Shown here piece after piece: positions 51,463 to 64,000 of a stretch of DNA of 64,000 nt (the stretch's first letter is position 1; every line of letters begins with the position of its first letter). The notes below the pieces were generated by a model. The model did no database searches and was not told the origin of the DNA. It saw only the letters and a program-made list of their open reading frames with translations. A program made the translations under genes and the position numbers. Source of the stretch: an uncultured delta proteobacterium (GTDB lineage: Bacteria; Myxococcota_A; Polyangia; Haliangiales; Haliangiaceae). The stretch covers positions 1,248,001-1,312,000 of the forward strand of contig CAWKDB010000002.1 in NCBI GenBank assembly GCA_963848295.1, read 5' to 3'.

Positions 51463-52599
51463 GTGAGCCGTCGGTTCCGCGCCCTCGTGACCCATCCCCA
51501 GCCCGAGGCGCTGGGCGAGCTCGCGGAGCTGATCGGCTCGACCGGGCTCGTGGTCGAGACCGCGCGCTCGACGGTCGAGGCGCTCAACAAGCTCCGCGGT
51601 CAGCCCGCGAACGTCATCGTCGCGCAGCACGTGACCGGCACGTTCGACGGCGTCGGCTTGCTCGAGTCGAGCATCTTGCACGCGCCCGATGCGCTGCGCA
51701 TCGCGGTGGTCGCGTCGCCGGACGAGGCGGTCGAGCTCGACTACCGTCCCGCGCACGCCGGCACGATCATCCGGCTCGTCGCGCGGGCGAGCGAGCGCAG
51801 CCGCCTGGTCGCCGTCGTCAACGAAGGCGTCAAGCTGCTCGGCCTCGTCGACGAGCAGCGCGAGATGGTCCGCAAGCTGTCGGCCGAGCAAGGCAAGCTC
51901 CAGCGCCGCGAGCTGCTGCTCGACACTGTCGTCAAGGAGCGCACCAAGGAGCTCGAGGAGAGCTACGAGAAGCTCAAGGCCGCGAACCGCCAGGCGCTGT
52001 TCGGCCTCGCCGAGGCGATCGAAGCGAAGGATCCGTACACCCGCGGTCACTGCGGCCGGGTCGCCGCGTACTCGCTGATCCTCGCGCGCGAGGCGGGCTA
52101 CCCCGAAGACGGCCTCGAGACGCTCGAGTTCGGCGCGTTCTTGCACGACATCGGCAAGATCGGCATCCGCGACGCGGTGCTGTTGAAGCCGGGCCCGCTC
52201 GACGAGGCCGAGTGGACGCACATGCGCGAGCACCCGGTGAAGGGCTACGACATCGCGACGAAGATCGAGATGCTGCACCCGATCATGCCCGCGGTGCGCA
52301 GCCACCACGAGCGCTGGGACGGCTCGGGCTATCCCGACGGCATGATCGCCGAGGGCATCCCGGTCGTCGCGCGCATCGTCGCGATCGCCGACGCGTTCGA
52401 CGCGATGGCGACCGATCGCCCGTACAAGAAGGCGCTGCCGCTCGAGGAATGCGAGGCGGTGCTGCGCAAGACCGCCGGCAAGATGTACGACCCCGAGCTG
52501 ATCGAGATCTTCTGCGGCCGCCACCTCGGATCGCTGTATCGCGAGGACTACGACGCCGAGCCGTACGAGGACGGCCGCGCCGCGAGCTCGTCGGACTGA
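51463..52599 (+). CDS. HD-GYP phosphodiesterase with a degenerate N-terminal receiver domain
   Basis: [41 protein letters not shown]. Confidence 0.9.
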   Translation: MSRRFRALVTHPQPEALGELAELIGSTGLVVETARSTVEALNKLRGQPANVIVAQHVTGTFDGVGLLESSILHAPDALRIAVVASPDEAVELDYRPAHAGTIIRLVARASERSRLVAVVNEGVKLLGLVDEQREMVRKLSAEQGKLQRRELLLDTVVKERTKELEESYEKLKAANRQALFGLAEAIEAKDPYTRGHCGRVAAYSLILAREAGYPEDGLETLEFGAFLHDIGKIGIRDAVLLKPGPLDEAEWTHMREHPVKGYDIATKIEMLHPIMPAVRSHHERWDGSGYPDGMIAEGIPVVARIVAIADAFDAMATDRPYKKALPLEECEAVLRKTAGKMYDPELIEIFCGRHLGSLYREDYDAEPYEDGRAASSSD

Positions 52600-52613
52600 C
52601 GAGCTCGCGACAA

Positions 52614-53153
52614 CTACTGACACGAGAACATGCCGAGGCCGGCGCCGTTGTCGACGCAGGTGCAGCTATGCCCCGGCCACGTGCACACGTTTCCGACCGG
52701 CCCGCACCCGGTGTTCTCGTAGCCGTCCCGGTATTCCGCCGGACAGATCGGGCAATCCTCGCCATCGTAACACCGGCACGTGCACTGCCAGGTCCCCGCA
52801 ACACACTGGCAGTCTTGGCCGGTTGGCTCGGCGCTGCAGTCGTTACCCTCCGCCTCGCACGAGGTGATCGGCGCATCGGCGCACGACGCGCCGTCCTGTG
52901 CCGCGAGGCCACGGTCGTAGTGGAACCGGCCATCGGCGCCGCACGTGTACCAAGCGGATTCGCACGAGGAGAAGTTGTCGACGACGAAGCATTCTTGCCC
53001 GGCGGCGAGCGTACATGGCGAGTTGTCGATCGTATCGCCACCGATGCCGTCCTGCGTGGTCGGGCACCCCGCTGCGGGGCCATCCGGGTAGATGCCGGTC
53101 GGCGATCCGCTGCCGCAACCGACCAGGGCGACGACTGCGATGACGCGAAGCAT
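52614..53153 (-). CDS. Cys-rich lipoprotein
   Basis: Lipobox LVGC; many Cys including CxC motifs. Confidence 0.75.
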   Translation of the reverse strand: MLRVIAVVALVGCGSGSPTGIYPDGPAAGCPTTQDGIGGDTIDNSPCTLAAGQECFVVDNFSSCESAWYTCGADGRFHYDRGLAAQDGASCADAPITSCEAEGNDCSAEPTGQDCQCVAGTWQCTCRCYDGEDCPICPAEYRDGYENTGCGPVGNVCTWPGHSCTCVDNGAGLGMFSCQ

Positions 53154-53257
53154 GGCAGCGAGCACAGCAACGGACGTGCCGCATGATGTGACCCTGGTAA
53201 TGTACGGAAATCGCGCCCCGCGCGCGTCGACAACAGCGACACCGATGTCGCGAATCG

Positions 53258-55192
53258 TTAGATGTCGCCCGAGCCGAGCGCGTGGAGCGGAACGTCGCGC
53301 GACAGATCCGCGGTGAGCTCGACATCGAGCTTCTGCGGCAGGTAGCCGCGGCGACGCAACTTCAGTACGTGTTTACCCGGCTCGGCCGGCACGGTCCCGT
53401 CGAAGGGGGTGTGACCGAGGCGCTTGCCGTCGATGAGCACGGTCGCGTCGCCCGGCGTCGTCGTGACGTGAACCGCGATCGTCGCGGGCACGACCGGAGG
53501 CGCCGGCGGAGCGGCGTCGGGGACCTTCACCGGCGGCGCCTGCACCGCGGGCAGGAGCGCCAGGCCCGACCCGGCGTGCGTGGCGGGCTTGGCCACCGCG
53601 ACCGGAGCCGGAGCCGGCGACGAGTCGGGATCGGAATAGGCGAGCCCGCCGATCAAGAACGCGGATGCGATCGCGAGCGCGCCACAGATCAGCAGCCACG
53701 TCAGCCCGCGGCGCGGTGGTGCCGGCCGCGGCACGATCGCGGTGAACGATTGCGGCGACGTGTTCGATACCTCGCTCGGCGCACGGAGGATCTCGATCGC
53801 GAGCTCGGATTCGGCGCGAGTGCTCGGCTCGATCGGAACCGCGAGATCGGTGCCAGCGCGCGGCGTCCCGTAGCGCATCAGCGCATCGTCGATGACTTCA
53901 TCATCGTCGAGCGCGATCGGCGGTTGCGTACCGACCGCCGACCGGCCGGACGGCGACATCGGCACCTCGTGCGGCACCGCCATCCCGGCCGAGAACGCGG
54001 ACAGCGCCGCGCGCTCGTCACTACCGAGCTCGGCGAGCCCACCCCCGGCGACTGGCGACGCGGCACGGACCGGCGTGGGATCTGCCCGCCGCCCCCGCAT
54101 GCTGTCGACCCGGATGTAGGCCGGCTCCTCGTCGATCACCATCGCGTCGATATCGACCGGCATGGTCACAGCTTCGTCGGTCTCGACCGGCACCGCCTCG
54201 GACACCATCTCGATCACGAGATCTGCACGTGGTTGACGCGGCGCAGGCGACAGCCACGGCTCGCTGCGGTGCTCGAACAGCTGCTCCATGACCTGGGCGA
54301 TCGCGGGATGGCCGAGCACGAGGCTGTTGCGGTGGCCGAACGCGTCGAGCTCGCGGCCGAGCGTCGCCGCATCTTGGAACCGCGCCGCGGGATCGGTGGC
54401 GAGCGCCTTCATCACGATCAGCTCGAGGCCGCGCGGGTAATCGCGGACGACTTGCGACGGCGGCGTGATCCGCCCGGTCGTGATCCGCTCCATCGTCATG
54501 AAGTCCGAGCCGGCGCGGAACGCTCGGCGCATCGTCGTCAGCTCGTAGAGCACGACGCCGAGCGCGAAGATATCGGCGCGGTGATCGACGGTGCGGCCGA
54601 GGATCTGTTCCGGCGCGAGGTACGCGACCTTGCCCTTGAGCGCGCCGACCTGCGTCGTGGTCGCGCGATTCGCCGCCTTCGCGATGCCGAAGTCGATCAG
54701 CTTGACGCCGCCGTCATAGCCCAGCATGAGATTGGACAACGTGACATCGCGATGGACGATCGCGAGCGGCGCCCCGGTCGAGCCGCGCGCGGAGTGCGCG
54801 TAGTGCAGCGCCGACGCGACGGCCGAGCCAACGGTGAGGGCGAACCCGAGCGGTACGCTGTCCTGGCGCTCGGCGCTTCGCTCGAACACCGCATGGGCAG
54901 TCTCGCCGTGGACGTACTCCATCACGAGGAAGTAACGCCCGGCCTCGTCGCGGCCGACCTCGTAGACCGGCGCGATGTATTGGTGGTGTAACGCGCCGAC
55001 CAGCCGCGCCTCGTCGAGGAACATCGTGACGAACGGATCGTCGTCGGCGAGCTCGAGGTCGAGCGTCTTGATCACGACGTGGCGCTCGAACCCGCCTAGA
55101 CCGGTCGCCCGGCCGAGGTACACCTGCCCCATCCCGCCCGAGGCGAGATGTTTGATGACCTCATAACGGCCGATTCTCGATGCATCCTGCAC
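53258..55192 (-). CDS. Membrane Ser/Thr protein kinase (Hanks type) with a C-terminal PEGA domain
   Basis: LASGGMGQVY, VIK, HRDVTLSN, DFGIAK, YLAPEQ, DIFALG; TM; TTPGDATVLIDGKRLGHTP. The start is inferred. Confidence 0.92.
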   Translation of the reverse strand: MQDASRIGRYEVIKHLASGGMGQVYLGRATGLGGFERHVVIKTLDLELADDDPFVTMFLDEARLVGALHHQYIAPVYEVGRDEAGRYFLVMEYVHGETAHAVFERSAERQDSVPLGFALTVGSAVASALHYAHSARGSTGAPLAIVHRDVTLSNLMLGYDGGVKLIDFGIAKAANRATTTQVGALKGKVAYLAPEQILGRTVDHRADIFALGVVLYELTTMRRAFRAGSDFMTMERITTGRITPPSQVVRDYPRGLELIVMKALATDPAARFQDAATLGRELDAFGHRNSLVLGHPAIAQVMEQLFEHRSEPWLSPAPRQPRADLVIEMVSEAVPVETDEAVTMPVDIDAMVIDEEPAYIRVDSMRGRRADPTPVRAASPVAGGGLAELGSDERAALSAFSAGMAVPHEVPMSPSGRSAVGTQPPIALDDDEVIDDALMRYGTPRAGTDLAVPIEPSTRAESELAIEILRAPSEVSNTSPQSFTAIVPRPAPPRRGLTWLLICGALAIASAFLIGGLAYSDPDSSPAPAPVAVAKPATHAGSGLALLPAVQAPPVKVPDAAPPAPPVVPATIAVHVTTTPGDATVLIDGKRLGHTPFDGTVPAEPGKHVLKLRRRGYLPQKLDVELTADLSRDVPLHALGSGDI

Positions 55193-55468
55193 GATCGTCG
55201 TCTCGAGAGAACAACTAACATACGCCTCGACGCAACCCTTGTGTGCATGCGTTTGCGCACCGAGATCACGCGATCGTCGTCGTGTAACAGTGCTGACGGA
55301 TATTTTTCGCCGAGAGCGATTCACCGTCGCGACGCTCCCGCGGGAATAGCGACCGACGTACCTCCGGTTCTCCGTCGGTCCACTCGCCCTTGACGCGGTC
55401 GTTTGCGTGATCAGGTTGAGGGCGGGGATAGCGGACAACGGATGTCTCCGCCCGATGATCTGAGGCCC

Positions 55469-55981
55469 ATGCGCAAAATCCCTCTCCGCAGCCTGTTGTC
55501 GAAGCTCACCGCGCTCGCGCTCACGGCGTCGCCGGCGGCAACGATCGCGGGGCCGTTGGCGCAGCCTACCGCGCGTGACGTCGACAACGATCTCGATGGC
55601 GACCTCGCGAGCGATCTGTCGATCGACCGCGAGCACATGGATCCGCGCGACGCGGCTGCGACGATCGGTCGATCGCTAGCGCTCGCGTTGTCCGAGATGC
55701 GCCCGCTCGCCGGCACGCACCTCGCCACGACCTGGGCGCTCGCCGACGATCCCGTGCGCCGGCTCGCCGTCGCCTACTCGCTCGAATGGGCGTTCCCGCT
55801 GTTCGGCGACATCGCGATCCTCGACCATCTGTCATACGATGGCGATCCCGCGATCCGCACCGCGGTCGCCCGCGCCGCGTGGATCCGCCGCCGATCGAGC
55901 GGCGATATCGGCGTGCTCGCGCGGCTCGCGCACGACCCAGATCCCGAGGTTCGCGCGATCGCCCGCCACGCCATCGAGTAG
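55469..55981 (+). CDS. HEAT-repeat protein
   Basis: DDPVRRLAVA, DGDPAIRTAVA, LAHDPDPEVRAIA. Confidence 0.7.
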   Translation: MRKIPLRSLLSKLTALALTASPAATIAGPLAQPTARDVDNDLDGDLASDLSIDREHMDPRDAAATIGRSLALALSEMRPLAGTHLATTWALADDPVRRLAVAYSLEWAFPLFGDIAILDHLSYDGDPAIRTAVARAAWIRRRSSGDIGVLARLAHDPDPEVRAIARHAIE

Positions 55982-56083
55982 CGGGCCGTGCCCGCGACTC
56001 AGCGCCGCCGGATCGCGGCGCGGTGTAGCTCGAGGGAGCCGACGTGGATTCCGTAGCGGCCGGGGCAATGGTATAGCGAGCGG

Positions 56084-57781
<1,698 letters not shown>

Positions 57782-57870
57782 CCGGTTGCGACATCGCCAC
57801 CGAGCCGTCGCGCCGCATTCGATGCACCAGGTCCGGTAGCGCCCGATTGCGCGCTACCCTACCGGGCACC

Positions 57871-59451
57871 TTGAGCCGCGCCGTAGACTTCGACCTCGCG
57901 CGCGAGCTGACCAAACCGAGCTTCACGCCGGCTCAGCGCGACGCGCCCGCGCTCGTCGAGCTGATCGTCGCGGGCGACGAAGCGGTCGCGACGCGTGCGA
58001 CAGACGCGATCGTCGGGCTCGGCGAGATCGGACGCAAGGCGCTCGAGGCCCGCCTCGCGACCGGACCCGACGACGGCGCGCATGCCCGCATCGTCGCCGG
58101 TTTCGGCCGGCTCGCGCGGCGCGGCGACGTGCTGGCCCGCGCGCGCGTGATCGCGGAGCTCGCGAGCGCCAAGCTGCGAGTGCGGCGCGCTGCGGCGATG
58201 GCGCTCGGCAAGCTCGGCTCGGGCGCGGGCGACGACGTCATCGTCGCGCTCACCGCGCGGTGGGACGCCAGCGATGTCACGCCCGACGAGCGCCGTACGC
58301 TCGCCGAAGCGCTCGGCAAGGCTGGGGGCGCCACCGCGCTCGGTCGGCTGCGCGCGCTCGATGTCGGAGACGATCGCGAGCTCGCTCGGCTGCGCGATCG
58401 CGCGGTGCTGATGGCGGAGCGCGATGGCCGGCGCGGCGAGAGCTCGGAGGTCGCGGTCGACATCGCGCCGCCGACCCCGGTCGCGGTGCGGCTGCATTGC
58501 AAGCCGGGGCTCGCCGGCTTGCTCGTCGATGAATTGCGCGCGCTCGCGATCGAAGCGCGTAGCGCCGGCGATGCCTCGGTCGAGATCGTACTCGCCGCGC
58601 CGTGGCAAACGCTGTTCGCGTCGCGGTTGTGGGCGACCGGCGGGATTCGGCTCCCCCGGCCCGCGGGCGATCTGTCGGCATCGATCGTCGCGGCGCTGTG
58701 TGATCCCGCGACGCGCGCGCTGCTCGCCGCGCTCACTCGCGGGCCGATTCGTTGGCGCCTCGACCTGCCGCGCGGGCGCGAACGCTCGGTCGTCTGGCGG
58801 GTCGCCCGCGAGGTCACCGCCGCGGCGCCCGAGCTCGTCAACGACCCGACCGCGACGACCTGGGATGTCCGGGTTTCGGACAGCGCGCTCGAGCTCGTTC
58901 CGCGGCGCGCGCACGATCCGCGGTTCGCGTATCGAGTCGCCGAGATCCCCGCAGCCTCGCATCCGACCGTCGCCGCCGCGATCGCCTGGCTCGCGGCGCC
59001 GCGCGCGCACGAGCGCGTGTGGGATCCGTTTTGCGGCTCCGGGCTCGAGCTCGTCGAGTGCGCGCGGCGCGGCGCCGGCGGTGTCGTAGGCAGCGATCGC
59101 GATGACACCGCGCTCGCAGCGGCGCGCGCGAACCTCGCCGCGGCCGGCGTTGCAGGTGAGATCGTGCGCGGCGATGCGCTCACGTTTCGACCGCCCGGTG
59201 GGCCGTTCGCTGCGATCGCGAGCAACCCTCCGCTCGGCGGTCGGATCCGCGGCGATGCCGGTGCGCTGCTGTGCCGCGCGCTGCCGCACTTCGCCGCGCA
59301 GCTCGCCTCGGGCGGCCGACTCGTGTGGATCACGCCGGCGCCGCGCACCACGACCCCGGTCGCGCGCAGCCTCGGTCTCGTGCTCGCGCGCTCGATCGAC
59401 GTCGACCTCGGTGGGATTCGCGGCCAGCTCGAGCGCTGGAACAAGCGCTAG
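57871..59451 (+). CDS. HEAT-repeat plus class I SAM-dependent methyltransferase (UPF0020/RlmL-like) fusion
   Basis: HEAT (VRRAAAMALGKLG; ERRTLAEALGKAG); ASHPTVAAA, WDPFCGSG, SNPPLG. Confidence 0.78.
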   Translation: MSRAVDFDLARELTKPSFTPAQRDAPALVELIVAGDEAVATRATDAIVGLGEIGRKALEARLATGPDDGAHARIVAGFGRLARRGDVLARARVIAELASAKLRVRRAAAMALGKLGSGAGDDVIVALTARWDASDVTPDERRTLAEALGKAGGATALGRLRALDVGDDRELARLRDRAVLMAERDGRRGESSEVAVDIAPPTPVAVRLHCKPGLAGLLVDELRALAIEARSAGDASVEIVLAAPWQTLFASRLWATGGIRLPRPAGDLSASIVAALCDPATRALLAALTRGPIRWRLDLPRGRERSVVWRVAREVTAAAPELVNDPTATTWDVRVSDSALELVPRRAHDPRFAYRVAEIPAASHPTVAAAIAWLAAPRAHERVWDPFCGSGLELVECARRGAGGVVGSDRDDTALAAARANLAAAGVAGEIVRGDALTFRPPGGPFAAIASNPPLGGRIRGDAGALLCRALPHFAAQLASGGRLVWITPAPRTTTPVARSLGLVLARSIDVDLGGIRGQLERWNKR

Positions 59452-59465
59452 GACGCGCTAGGACG
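59445..59465. repeat. 10-bp tandem duplication
   Basis: GCGCTAGGAC x2, spanning the methyltransferase stop codon. Confidence 0.85.
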
Positions 59466-59558
59466 GGTCGCGGTGGCAAGCTGATCCTGAGTAAGACCAC
59501 GTCTCAGCCGAAGCCGTCGCACATTGGCGCCAAGCGACGTCAGTGCTTGGGCAACCAC
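59448..59558 (-). pseudogene. Truncated XRE-family HTH regulator (36 aa)
   Basis: MVAQALTSLGANVRRLRLRRGLTQDQLATAT-RPSAS*: XRE helices 1-2 only; TAATGT box 7 nt before GTG. Confidence 0.65.
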
Positions 59559-60047
59559 GAGCGGAACATTAGGCCGTTCGTGCGATGGAACCGATCCGCT
59601 CCGACCATGACGACGCTCCCGGTCCACCATGGTTCCGCTGCTTGTCGATCGTATCCTGGAGCAACTCCCGACCCTGCGGACGCGCTTCGGCGAATCGCTC
59701 GCGCTGGTTTCTCGCCCGCAGATCGCGGGACAGTGAGCCTGTAGTCACGCCGCGACCATCTGCACGATCTGCATTGCGTCGGAGGTCGTCCATTGCGAGC
59801 CCGGATGTATCTGTAAGTCTTGATTCGCGGGTCCAAACCGCTACCTCGCACAAGACCGGGCCCGGCCTGTGGACGATGGCACTCGTGCGGACAACCGCTC
59901 GCGCTGCCGATCGAGGTCTTCCATTCGTCGATCATTCAAATCGATCTGTGGAACAGCCATCGTCGCGTCGGGGGCTATTGGGATGCGAGCGACCGGGCGC
60001 GTCGGACACTTCGAGCACCGCCGGGTTGGAGCGCGAGCTGCATGGCG

Positions 60048-61058
<1,011 letters not shown>

Positions 61059-61113
61059 GAATCCAGCCTGCCCGATCGATATCACGCTAGATAATCGTAC
61101 TTGCTGATGGTCT

Positions 61114-61128
61114 ATCAGATATTCTGAT
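61114..61128. promoter_or_regulatory. LysR-type T-N11-A operator
   Basis: Palindrome ATCAG-ATATT-CTGAT between the divergent yeiH and LysR genes. Confidence 0.65.
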
Positions 61129-61134
61129 GGCTTG

Positions 61135-62029
61135 ATGGCCGCGTTCGACCCCGCCTTGCTCGCGACGTTCTTGGCCGTCGTCGATGCCGGCAGCGTATCG
61201 GCCGCCGCACGCGGCGTGCACTTGTCGCAGCCGGCGGTGACCGCGCAGATTCGCAAGCTCGAAGACTCGCTCGGTGCGCCGCTGTTCGTCCGCCAGTCGC
61301 ATGGCGTGACGCCGACCGACGCCGGCCGCACGCTCGCCGGTTACGCGCGCTCGGTCCGCGACCTGCTCGACGAAGCGGCGCGCCGGATTCTCGCCTCTGG
61401 CCGAGCCGACCGGGCCGCTCGTGGTCGCGGCGAGCACCACGATCGCCGCGCACGTCTTGCCGCGCCTGCTCGCCGAGTTTCGCGCCTTGCATCGCGACGT
61501 GGCGCTGACGATCTGGGTCGGCAACACCGAGGATGTCGTCACGGAGGTGCGAGCGGCGCGAGCCCCGCTCGGCTTGGTCGAGGGCCATGCGCGCGCGCCC
61601 GGCGTGCGACTCGAACCGTTTCTCGACGACGAGATCGTGCCGGTCGTCGGCCGTGGCGCGCCGTTTGCGGTCCGGCGCACGCGCGACCTCGACGACATCC
61701 CGATCCTGTGGCGAGAGCACGGATTGGGCACGCGCGCCGTCGTCGAGCGCGCCCTCGCGGCCGCCGGGCTGCGCAGGCGCGCCGCGCGCCACCTCGACGT
61801 CGAGCTCGGCAGCACGGAGGCGATCCTCGGCGGCGTCGAGGCCGGGCTCGGCGTCGGCTTTGTCTCGCGCTCGTCCGCGCGCGTTCACCTCGCCGCCGGC
61901 CTCGTCCGCATCGTGCCGGCGCTCGAGCTCGTGGTCCGCCGTACGTTTCGCTGGGCCCTCCCCGCGGGTGCGCTCGCCGGCTCGGCCGCGAGGTTCTACG
62001 ACTTCGCGACGCGCGCCGCGACGCGGTGA
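61135..62029 (+). CDS. LysR-family regulator (YeiE/CysL-like), apparent frameshift ~61381
   Basis: GSVSAAARGVHLSQPAVTAQIRKLE, ASTTIA, GNTE, LVEG, REHGLGTR, LGSTEAI. Confidence 0.9.
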
Positions 62030-62046
62030 GCGTACACTCGCTGGCG

Positions 62047-62724
62047 ATGCGCGCGTGTCTGCGTTATGCGCCGGTGTTGCTCGTCGTCTGTGCGATCGCA
62101 TGCGCGCCGGCGATCGGTTGCGCGCTGCTCCAGGGCAGAGCCGTGAACGCCGCCGGTGCCCGATCGCAGCTCCAGCTCGTGTGGCTCGTGGCCGGTCTCG
62201 CGTTCGCGGGTCAGCTCCTCGCGGTGGGCGCCGCCGCCCCTCTCGTGCGCAGCTTGGCCGACGGAGCTCCGATCGCGCTGCGCCGCGCCCCGCGAGTGGC
62301 GCTTGCCGGCCTCGCGGCGACCTTCGGGCCCTGGCTCGTCGCGATCGCGGCGATCGGCCTCGGCCTCGTAGCCCTCGTCGTGCCGGGCGCGATCCTGCTC
62401 GCGCTGTTCGCCACGGTCGGCGCGACCGCGCGCGATGGCGGCTCGGTCGGCACGGCGCTCGCGACCACCGCGGCCGAAACCCGTGCGCGCCCGAGGCGAG
62501 TGATCGCGATCGTCGCGGCGGTGATCGTCGTGGATATCGTGCTCGCGGTCGTGGTGCACACGGTGTTCGCGCATGCGATTCCTGCCAAGCCGAAGCCGGC
62601 TGACTACGGGGTCGCCCGCATCGGACTTCAGGTATTTGCCGCGCTCATCATCGTCATCACGCCGATCGCGGCGTGCGCGCTCGCGGCCACCCGGCGTGCC
62701 ACGGCGCCGCAGCTCGCAGCGTGA
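62047..62724 (+). CDS. Hypothetical membrane protein
   Basis: Multiple TM helices; C-terminal part of ORF 61132..62724; TACACT box before ATG. Confidence 0.65.
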   Translation: MRACLRYAPVLLVVCAIACAPAIGCALLQGRAVNAAGARSQLQLVWLVAGLAFAGQLLAVGAAAPLVRSLADGAPIALRRAPRVALAGLAATFGPWLVAIAAIGLGLVALVVPGAILLALFATVGATARDGGSVGTALATTAAETRARPRRVIAIVAAVIVVDIVLAVVVHTVFAHAIPAKPKPADYGVARIGLQVFAALIIVITPIAACALAATRRATAPQLAA

Positions 62725-62741
62725 TGATACGCTGAGGCTCG

Positions 62742-63856
62742 ATGGGACGAGCTCGTGTGGGTGTCACGGCTGCCGTGTCCGTGATGTTGATCCTCGCGTC
62801 GACGCTCGCGCTCGACTGGTTCTACGCGCGGGTCAACGCGAACGTGATCGGCGGAGACGCCGTCGTCAAGTCGATGGTCGAGAACAGCGTGTTCAAGATC
62901 GACCTGCACTCGGTCGGCCTGTGCCATCAAGGCGTGTGCGTGTCGGTGTCGATGAGCAAGCTGGTGGGGGCGTACCCGACCCTCGCGGGCGCCGCATTCT
63001 GGGTCAGCTTGGTCCTCGCCGGGGTGGTCGCGTTCCAGGCCGGCGTCCGCATGATCGGCGGCGCGCCGAACCCCCAGCTCAACACGCTCGGCTACCTGCT
63101 CGCGTTCGCGTCGTTCGCGACCGCGGCGCTCGCCGGTTACATGTTCGGTCCCGAGACCGGCAACCACACCGAGGCCGGGTTCGCGGCGACGCGGTCGTGG
63201 GGCGCGGTCGCGCTGCTCGTCGGCGATGTCGTCGCGGTCGTGGCGTTGTATTTCGCGATCAAGCCGGACGAGCCAGCGTCGGAAGCCCCGGTCATCGTCC
63301 ATCCGCGCGTTGCCGCCGCCGCACCGGTCGTGGCGCCGACGCCGGCGCGCTCCCAGGTGCCCGATTCGATCCCCCTCGACGGTCGCCCGCTCGAGGCCAC
63401 CGCGAACCCCGCGCCTCTCGTCGATGTCCCCAGTCCGACCGTCGAGCCGGCCGCGCTGCGCGGCGTGCTGCGCTACGCGACCGCAACCGCGACGCTCGCA
63501 TCGATCGGCATCGACGCGACGCTCGAGGCGGGCGCGACGCGGATCGTGCGGTGGAGCGAGGTCGTCGGTATCCACGCGCGGAGGCTCCGCCGGGCCCGCC
63601 GTTCGACAGCGTGACGTTCGTCGATGTCGTCTCGACCGCCGGCGCGACGCTTCGCATCCTGCCGTGGACGCGCCTGACCGGCGACTCGATCGAACCCGGC
63701 GAGGGACGGATGCGCGCGTTCGTCAACCTGGCTGCGGCGCGCTGCCCCAGCGCAAACGTCGATCGCGCGACCCGCGCCTTCGCCGACAGCGCCGAGCCCG
63801 CTCGCCAACTCCCCGACGAGGCCACGCTCGCGGCCCACGACGAGCACCTCGCCTAG
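62742..63856 (+). CDS. Hypothetical membrane protein (four TM helices plus a soluble domain), apparent frameshift ~63585
   Basis: ORF 62742..63614 continues into the 62573..63856 frame (PPGPPFDSVTFVDVVS...LRILPWT). Confidence 0.65.
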
Positions 63857-64000
63857 ACGCCGAACCGCTCGAGCGCGGCGCGTAGCTCGCCGCCGTCGCC
63901 GGCGATCGCGACCCGCGGATCGGCCACCGCGGTTGCTTGCCGGCCGTACCACACCGCCTTCCAGCCGGCGCCGAGCGCACCCGCGATGTCGGCGGTGTAC
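63853..64000 (-). CDS. HAD-superfamily hydrolase, C-terminal part (5' end outside the window)
   Basis: Manual translation YTADIAGALGAGWKAVWYG...ERFGV* matches the HAD motif IV tail (D-x-x-GA-x-x-AG). Confidence 0.65.
   Translation of the reverse strand, partial: YTADIAGALGAGWKAVWYGRQATAVADPRVAIAGDGGELRAALERFGV

Noticed and set aside
55982..56083. tRNA-like or SRP RNA-like sequence upstream of ffh (GCGCGGTGTAGCTCG)
   Set aside because: No T-loop GTTCRA, no cloverleaf, and no SRP domain IV motif.
61132..62724. LysR HTH fused to a membrane protein (530-aa ORF)
   Set aside because: Frameshift artefact: the LysR substrate domain is in another frame ending at 62029, and the membrane gene has its own start at 62047.

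Overview
GC-rich bacterial chromosome segment, most likely from a myxobacterium (Myxococcota; possibly a non-Myxococcus lineage such as Kofleriaceae/Haliangiales, by inference). The assignment rests on a TIGR02266/PilZ-like protein, Cys-rich lipoproteins, a PEGA-type Ser/Thr kinase and an ald-ECF sigma-anti-sigma-FrzS-like block. The window holds about 60 genes, mostly housekeeping and envelope functions: hpf, rpoN, pyrG, biotin carboxylase, MoxR/VWA, FadL, mnmG, bamD, truD, exbBD-tonB, prkA-yeaH-spoVR-PP2C, mltG, ruvX, secA, ald, hflX, ffh and yeiH/LysR. I saw no rRNA, tRNA, CRISPR array or intact mobile element. Many genes, including the essential pyrG and secA, carry single-base insertions, best read as long-read consensus errors. 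Most notable observations: (1) an extended -10 box (TGnTAnnnT) 6-8 nt before the start codon of many genes, implying widespread leaderless mRNAs; (2) a candidate sRNA with three UCCCCC-bearing hairpins and an intrinsic terminator upstream of ruvX; (3) pyrG directly beside rpoN, with the usual kds/lpt LPS genes absent; (4) a prkA operon extended by a coupled ribbon-helix-helix-like microprotein and a PP2C phosphatase; (5) an ald-rpoE1-anti-sigma-frzS block with no adjacent frz cluster; (6) a 99-bp palindrome built from heptamer repeats, an unannotated zinc-ribbon microprotein, and a truncated XRE gene at a 10-bp duplication. All family assignments come from motif recognition by eye, not database searches.
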